Source of the DNA: an uncultured archaeon
GTDB taxonomy: Archaea; Asgardarchaeota; Jordiarchaeia; Jordiarchaeales; Jordiarchaeaceae
DNA: 32,000 bases
Assembly (NCBI GenBank): GCA_964510585.1
Contig: CAZECW010000098.1
Span: 1 to 32,000 of the forward strand
Direction of reading: 5' to 3'
Shown: one piece after another, positions 26,657-32,000 of the stretch
Layout: each line of letters begins with the position of its first letter
How positions within the stretch are numbered: position 1 is the stretch's first letter
The notes under the pieces: generated by a model
The model's input: only the letters and a program-made list of their open reading frames with translations
What the model was told of the DNA's origin: nothing
Databases searched by the model: none
Made by a program: the position numbers and the translations under genes

Positions 26657-28450
26657 TTAAGAGTCACTGTTTTCTTCCTTTTCTTTTTGGGTTTTGGGTT
26701 GGGTTTTTATTTGTGCTTGGTACATTTCTATGATTTCTTTTACTGTGGTGGCTTCTTCGGGGCTTTTGTCGTCTCTCCATTTTCCGGTGAATCTTGGGAA
26801 TCTTACTGCGATGCCGCTATCTTTTTTTATTGCGTCTAGGGCGGTGGTGTGTACTTGGCTGAGGGTGTATTCAGAGCCTATGATTTCTATTACTTGTCCG
26901 GGTGTGAACCATACGTCGGCTTTTAGTTTGGAGTCTACTCGGGGGTGTTTGTGGTCTATTTTGTATTTTTTGAGTCTTTCGGGCATTTCTTCAAGATCTG
27001 TGTCGCTGAAGCCTGTTCCAACTTTGGATATGGTTGTGAACATGTCTTTTTCTTGGTCATACACTGCGACTAGTAGTGCGCCGTATGTTCCTGCCCTTTT
27101 CCCTCTCCCCATGAATGCTCCCACTATTACGGTGTCTATGGTGTCTATCATTTCAGTTTTGTATTCCCGTTTGTACTTTATCCATTTGAATCCTCGGCTC
27201 CCCGCCTCGTATATGGAGTCAGGCTGTATGGATTTAGCCATTAGGCCCTCGCATCCCTCCTCTATCGCCTTCTCAAAGAAGATCTCCATGTCCTTGGAGT
27301 TTTCCACAACTTTGGCTTCTACGGGCTTTATTCTCTCATTTTTCTTGGTTATTTCTTCAAGCTTTTTCCTTCTCTCGGTGTAGGGTTTTACTGTGTAGTC
27401 TGTTTTGTCGACTAGAAGCACATCAAATAGGTTTAGGCTTGCTGGAAACTCTTCCACTGCCTCTTTTATTCCATATTTTCTTCTGCGACGCATCAGTGTC
27501 TGGAAGGGTAATAGTTCTCCGGTCTGAGGGTCAAAGGCCACTATTTCCCCCTCCACAATGGCCCTGTCGGGTTTGATGTTGTTTTTTATTAGTTCTGCTA
27601 TGTCTGGGTACTGTTCTGTGATGTTTTCTAGTCGGCGTGAGAATAAATTGACTTCTCCATTATTTTTGTGTGCCTGCACCCGTTCCCCATCTAGTTTGTA
27701 TTCTACAGCGCATCTGCCCCCCATCTTCTCCAGAATTTCCTCCGGCGAGGAGAGCCTCTGTGCAAGCATCATTCTAATAGGACTCCCTACAGATATCTTA
27801 AAGTTCTTCACCGCCTCCAATCCTTTGGTGGCCACTGTTTTTGCCACCAGTCCCAGGTCGGAACTAATGTTGAAGGCTCTTTCAAGAATGGCTCGGTTTT
27901 CCTTATCTCCAGTGTAAGTGATTGCTAGGGCGTCTAGTATAGTGTATTCAGCAATACCTAACCTTAAAGCTCCTATAACCATGCGGATAATATATTTGGC
28001 CTCTTTGGGTGTTCCGTCGAGCAGAAGCCTGGAGAGCAGTTTGAGTTTAGCTTCAACGGATCCCGCTCCCGTAGCCCTTGCTATTTTATCAAGGGTTTCA
28101 TATACGTCCAAGACTTCAAGAGGCTTCTGTTGAAGAGACCTTTGCTTCTTGGATTTTAAAATCTGCTCTGTTACTAACCCTAAATCTCCTGCTTTTTTCA
28201 GCTTCTCCTCAACTTCACTAACCTTATGACCCGAAGCCATTGCTACACTCCTAACCGCCAACTTTTCAGCTAATCCTAACTCTATGGGAACGAATAAAGG
28301 ATAAAGTCTGCCAGTAGTGAGATACACTACCTTGTCTATGAGCTCTGTGGGGGTCTCCCTAAAAAGCTGAACTAGGAGATCAGTCATTTCCAAGCGTTTA
28401 GATGTTTCCTCAATTTTTTCGTAGAAATCAGCTATTATTGAGAACTTCAT
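26657..28450 (-). CDS. lig: ATP-dependent DNA ligase (archaeal type)
   Basis: Motif I EYKLDGER, IVEGEIV, FDVL, EGLMAK, WIKYK, VGTGF and RFPRF..RDDK. Confidence 0.97.
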   Translation of the reverse strand: MKFSIIADFYEKIEETSKRLEMTDLLVQLFRETPTELIDKVVYLTTGRLYPLFVPIELGLAEKLAVRSVAMASGHKVSEVEEKLKKAGDLGLVTEQILKSKKQRSLQQKPLEVLDVYETLDKIARATGAGSVEAKLKLLSRLLLDGTPKEAKYIIRMVIGALRLGIAEYTILDALAITYTGDKENRAILERAFNISSDLGLVAKTVATKGLEAVKNFKISVGSPIRMMLAQRLSSPEEILEKMGGRCAVEYKLDGERVQAHKNNGEVNLFSRRLENITEQYPDIAELIKNNIKPDRAIVEGEIVAFDPQTGELLPFQTLMRRRRKYGIKEAVEEFPASLNLFDVLLVDKTDYTVKPYTERRKKLEEITKKNERIKPVEAKVVENSKDMEIFFEKAIEEGCEGLMAKSIQPDSIYEAGSRGFKWIKYKREYKTEMIDTIDTVIVGAFMGRGKRAGTYGALLVAVYDQEKDMFTTISKVGTGFSDTDLEEMPERLKKYKIDHKHPRVDSKLKADVWFTPGQVIEIIGSEYTLSQVHTTALDAIKKDSGIAVRFPRFTGKWRDDKSPEEATTVKEIIEMYQAQIKTQPKTQKEKEENSDS

Positions 28451-28688
28451 TTCCTCTCCTCTCCGTTACAAAACGGCCCACAAATCTTTGTGGCTACTGT
28501 TTGAGTTTTGATTTAAAATAATTTTCTCTACCTGCGAATAACAATCTATACTTATATAATAGCTTCTATGTTTTCTAAACATCCCAAAAAGGGGAAATAA
28601 CACTTAAATTTTGAGAATCACAGTTTGAGAGTAACCACATGACGATTCCAAAAACTTGTATGCGGATATTCTTTTAGAAATGGTTCAC

Positions 28689-30224
28689 ATGAAGGGAAAA
28701 AATTTGAAACTGAAGGTAAAACTGGTAGATATTTTAACAGGCTACAAGGTCGTTATCCTCAACAAAAGTGACGCCATGAACTTCGGAGTCAGACCACACG
28801 ATCGAATAAAGGTTAAAACATCCCAGAAAGATTTAACCGCCATAGTAAACATAACAGACTCCTACGTGGAACAGGGAGAAATAGGAATAACCCCCGCCAT
28901 AAAGGAAATATTCAACGCTCAAATAGGAGACACAGTAGAAATAGTAGCCACAAGCATACCTTTATCCATGGAGTATATCCACAAAAAAATGGCTGGAAAA
29001 AGTCTAAACCAAAAAGAAATACATGCCATAATAAAGGACATAGTTGATGGAAACCTAAGCGAACTAGAAATAGCCGCATTCGTGCTCGCACAACAATTCC
29101 TAGGAATGAGTACAGATGAAATAGAGTATCTCACCCGCTCCATGGTTGAAACAGGAGAAAAAATCGATTTCGACGAGCCAGCATTCGACAAACACAGTAT
29201 AGGAGGAGTCCCGGGAAACAAGGTTAGCCTTCTAATTGTTCCCATAGTCGCAGCAGCGGGTCTACTAATTCCAAAAACCAGCAGCAAGGCCATAACCAGT
29301 CCAAGCGGAACAGCAGACACCATGGAAGTCCTCGCCCCAGTGAGCTTTAGTACGGAGGAGCTAAAGGAGATAACTAAAAAGACTAGGGGAGCCATCATCT
29401 GGGGTGGATCACTGAATCTAGCACCCGCAGACGACTTAATAATACAAGTTGAGCACCCCCTGAGAATAGATCCCACCTCTCAAATGATTGCTAGTATCAT
29501 CGCGAAGAAGTACTCGGTAGGAATTGACAACATGGTTCTAGACATTCCAGTAGGGGCGGGAACCAAAATGGAAACCATAGAGGAAGCTGAAAAATTCGCA
29601 AACCTGTTTGTTGAGATAACTAAAAGATTAAAGATAACAACCTATTGTGCAATCACCTATGCGGGACAACCTGTGGGACACGCTGTGGGCCCAGCATTGG
29701 AGGCCAGGGAGGCTCTGGAAGCACTGATGGGGGGAGGCCCAACCAGCCTGGTTGAGAAAGCTACGGCTCTTGCGGGGCTTCTCTTAGAACTGGGGGGCGT
29801 GGCGCCGGAGAATAGGGGTCAGGAATACGCCAAGGAAATATTGAGAAGCGGAAAGGCGTTGAAAAAGATGCGGGAAATAATTGAAGCTCAAGGGGGAGAC
29901 CCAAACATAAAGCCAGAGGACATACCCATAGGCAAATATGTAGCTAGCCTCGAAGCTAAAGCCGACGGCTACGTGACCCAAGTAAACAATAGAAGCATAA
30001 CCAGAATTGCCCAAGCCGCCGGCGCACCACGTGATAAAGGGGCAGGAGTTGTTCTGAACCACAAGATTGGTTACAAAGTGTCTAGAGGCGACACATTACT
30101 CAGTATATATGCAGAAAAGGAGAGCAAACTCCACGAAGCTACTGCCATAGCAACAAGAACTGTACCCATAATAGTTGAGGGTATGCTTCTCCAAAGATAC
30201 CCAAAAATTGGAAGAGGAACATAA
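28689..30224 (+). CDS. AMP phosphorylase (archaeal thymidine-phosphorylase family)
   Basis: N-terminal double-psi-like extension, DKHSIGGVPGNK, KTSSKAITSPSGTAD, SIIAKK, QPVGHAVGPALEA and GAP.DKGAG. Start uncertain (28656-28689). Confidence 0.93.
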   Translation: MKGKNLKLKVKLVDILTGYKVVILNKSDAMNFGVRPHDRIKVKTSQKDLTAIVNITDSYVEQGEIGITPAIKEIFNAQIGDTVEIVATSIPLSMEYIHKKMAGKSLNQKEIHAIIKDIVDGNLSELEIAAFVLAQQFLGMSTDEIEYLTRSMVETGEKIDFDEPAFDKHSIGGVPGNKVSLLIVPIVAAAGLLIPKTSSKAITSPSGTADTMEVLAPVSFSTEELKEITKKTRGAIIWGGSLNLAPADDLIIQVEHPLRIDPTSQMIASIIAKKYSVGIDNMVLDIPVGAGTKMETIEEAEKFANLFVEITKRLKITTYCAITYAGQPVGHAVGPALEAREALEALMGGGPTSLVEKATALAGLLLELGGVAPENRGQEYAKEILRSGKALKKMREIIEAQGGDPNIKPEDIPIGKYVASLEAKADGYVTQVNNRSITRIAQAAGAPRDKGAGVVLNHKIGYKVSRGDTLLSIYAEKESKLHEATAIATRTVPIIVEGMLLQRYPKIGRGT

Positions 30225-30450
30225 GCTGAAAAAGATCTTATTTGTGGAGAGCCAAGAAACCACATAAAAATCCATAATATATCATTCCATAGCCAAGCCT
30301 CAAATTAAAGTGAGCAGATCAATATTCCCCCCATTGATGGGAATAGCTTGATTACGCCTCGCAAAAGCTGTTAAACTTTCAGTCTTACCTGTTTCTAACT
30401 CGTGCTAGGGTTGATGTAGAGAAAATTGTTTATACTACTTTCAACTTTAG

Positions 30451-31419
30451 ATGGGAAGGGTGATTGCTTTGAAATCTAAGAAGGGAGCCAGAGTCATTGT
30501 GGAAACCTGTATGGGGGTTAAGCCCGGAGAAAGGGTGTTGCTTGTCACTCAGGAAGGTTTTGAGGAAACTGCAGGGATACTTGCTTCTGAGGTTTCAGTG
30601 TTAGGAGCTAAGCCAATTATTAAGGTTGTTAAGGGCTCGGAGATGGAGGTTGAACCCCCAAAAGAAGTTGTGAATTTGATGCTCTCAAGCGAAGTTATAT
30701 TGGCTGTGTTAGATTTAAAGTACCTTCAACTATTTGCCCACATGGATGCGCGGGCCAGAGCTACTGATGCGGGGGCTAGAGTGGGCCTTGTGCCATTTAT
30801 ACTGTGGGATATAACGGAGGAAGATGTTTTAAGAATAAAGGATCTTACCGAAAAGCTTGCCAAAATTATGGGTAAGGGCAAAAAGGCACACATAACTACA
30901 GCTCTGGGAACGGATGTAACTATGTCTATTGAGGGGAGGCCGATTCAACAGTTGAAGGCGGTTTTTAGAAATCCCGGGGAATGGGGCGCCGTGCCTTTTT
31001 ATGCAGAGGCTGCTGTGGCACCAATAGAAGGCACCGCTCAGGGTAAAGCGGTAATAGATGTTTTCTTTGAGAAGATTGGAGCTATAAAACAGCCTATGGA
31101 GTGGACGATAAAAAACGGAAGACTGGTGGAAATAAGTGGGGGGAAGGAGGCTGAGATGTTGAAGCAAATCATTAGGGAAGCAGACGAAAATGCTACCAAT
31201 ATAGCGGAGCTGGGTGTGGGCACCAACCATATTTTCAAGAACTTCACAGGAACCATTGGAGATAAGATGGTACTGGGCACAGTACACCTCGCTATAGGGA
31301 AAAGTATCAATATTGGGGGTAAAGTTATGAGCAACATTCACCATGATGCAGTGATTAGCAAGGTGACTCTTGAAATTGACGGAAGAAAAATACTTGACAA
31401 CGGTAAATGCCTAATCTAA
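30451..31419 (+). CDS. Aminopeptidase-T-like / peptidase M29-related metalloprotein (COG2309)
   Basis: GTDVTMSI.GR, EAAVAPIEGTAQG, IAELGVGTN, GTVHLAIG and HHDAV. Confidence 0.8.
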   Translation: MGRVIALKSKKGARVIVETCMGVKPGERVLLVTQEGFEETAGILASEVSVLGAKPIIKVVKGSEMEVEPPKEVVNLMLSSEVILAVLDLKYLQLFAHMDARARATDAGARVGLVPFILWDITEEDVLRIKDLTEKLAKIMGKGKKAHITTALGTDVTMSIEGRPIQQLKAVFRNPGEWGAVPFYAEAAVAPIEGTAQGKAVIDVFFEKIGAIKQPMEWTIKNGRLVEISGGKEAEMLKQIIREADENATNIAELGVGTNHIFKNFTGTIGDKMVLGTVHLAIGKSINIGGKVMSNIHHDAVISKVTLEIDGRKILDNGKCLI

Positions 31420-31645
31420 ACAAACAAGTAGCAGTCCATCACGGTTCCTCTTATACTACCTATTTTTTAAACGAGGAAACAGACACATGCTTATTTTTTG
31501 TGTGAGGCGTTCTTCCAAACTACTATGTTGGATTTTGGATTTGTGAATAGGGATTCAGAAAGTGCAACCTTCCCATGGCTCAGAAACAAGAACATATGTC
31601 CATGGAAAAACAGGTCTATTGCCTTTTCCATTTTTAAGTTGGGAT

Positions 31646-31658
31646 AAAGGTTATAAAT
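31646..31658 (+). promoter_or_regulatory. BRE/TATA-like box upstream of the DUF362 gene
   Basis: AAAGGTTATAAAT about 48 nt before the start. Confidence 0.45.
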
Positions 31659-31705
31659 TTGAGATTAATTGTCTGTCTGAGATTCTCTGAGCGGAGGACA
31701 ATTGT

Positions 31706-32000
31706 TTGGCGGTTGGCATATTTAGATTCAGAGGATTCTACGAAGAATCGGTTTGGGATATCTTCAAGACTTTAGATTTGGAGGACAAGATTTTCAATTA
31801 TGATACAATTGTGATTAAACCCAATTTTGGAAGCCTTCACCTTGGCTACCCAGCTCCGATTCAGGAGAGTATAGCAACCGATCCCAAACTGGTAACCGCC
31901 CTTGTCAAAATTTTAAAGAATAACGGCGTGGGAAGAGTGATAGTTGCAGAGAGCGGAATGTATGGAGTTAAAGTAGACAGAGTGTATGAGGCCTTTGGAC
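31706..32000 (+). CDS. DUF362-domain protein (5' partial, runs off the window)
   Basis: Not in the ORF track. Translated by hand from TTG 31706 after GGAGGA: ..DTIVIKPNFG..ATDPKLVTALVKILKNNGVGRVIVAESG (IKPN and TxP motifs of DUF362). Confidence 0.8.
   Translation, partial: MAVGIFRFRGFYEESVWDIFKTLDLEDKIFNYDTIVIKPNFGSLHLGYPAPIQESIATDPKLVTALVKILKNNGVGRVIVAESGMYGVKVDRVYEAFG

Noticed and set aside
26694-28133. Long + strand ORFs (229, 119, 71 aa) opposite lig, and similar shadow ORFs over pfkB, iorA, AMP phosphorylase and the aminopeptidase
   Set aside because: Antisense shadows of well-supported genes, with S/F/I-rich non-protein composition
1-32000. CRISPR arrays, tRNA, rRNA, intact transposases/integrases
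   Set aside because: No regularly spaced repeats, cloverleaf motifs, rRNA signatures or transposase ORFs recognised by eye

Overview
32 kb of low-GC archaeal chromosome, almost certainly Asgard archaeon. The evidence is an unambiguous Asgard-type profilin (25840-26217), a longin+winged-helix protein with NPRL2-like architecture, a membrane-anchored RING-like protein and a Vps62-like protein. The backbone is anaerobic heterotrophic metabolism: PfkB kinase, RimK/MptN-type ligase, IorB/IorA, cobalamin-binding MCM small subunit, ADP-forming acyl-CoA synthetase, acyl-CoA dehydrogenase, M29-like aminopeptidase, DUF39-CBS/NIL-ferredoxin homocysteine synthesis pair, AMP phosphorylase, ATP-dependent DNA ligase and RNase HI. 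The only clear mobile element is a 276-bp non-autonomous IS200/IS605 derivative (323-598) with IS608-like ends, an internal promoter and an omegaRNA-like structured 3' half but no transposase or TnpB. The most interesting observations are the cluster of eukaryote-signature-like proteins between 13.4 and 26.2 kb, an acyl-CoA dehydrogenase fused to a winged HTH, an IorB with an inserted 2x[4Fe-4S] ferredoxin, and the guide-RNA-only mini-element. All family assignments are by-eye motif recognition; no database search was run. No tRNA, rRNA or CRISPR array was recognised.
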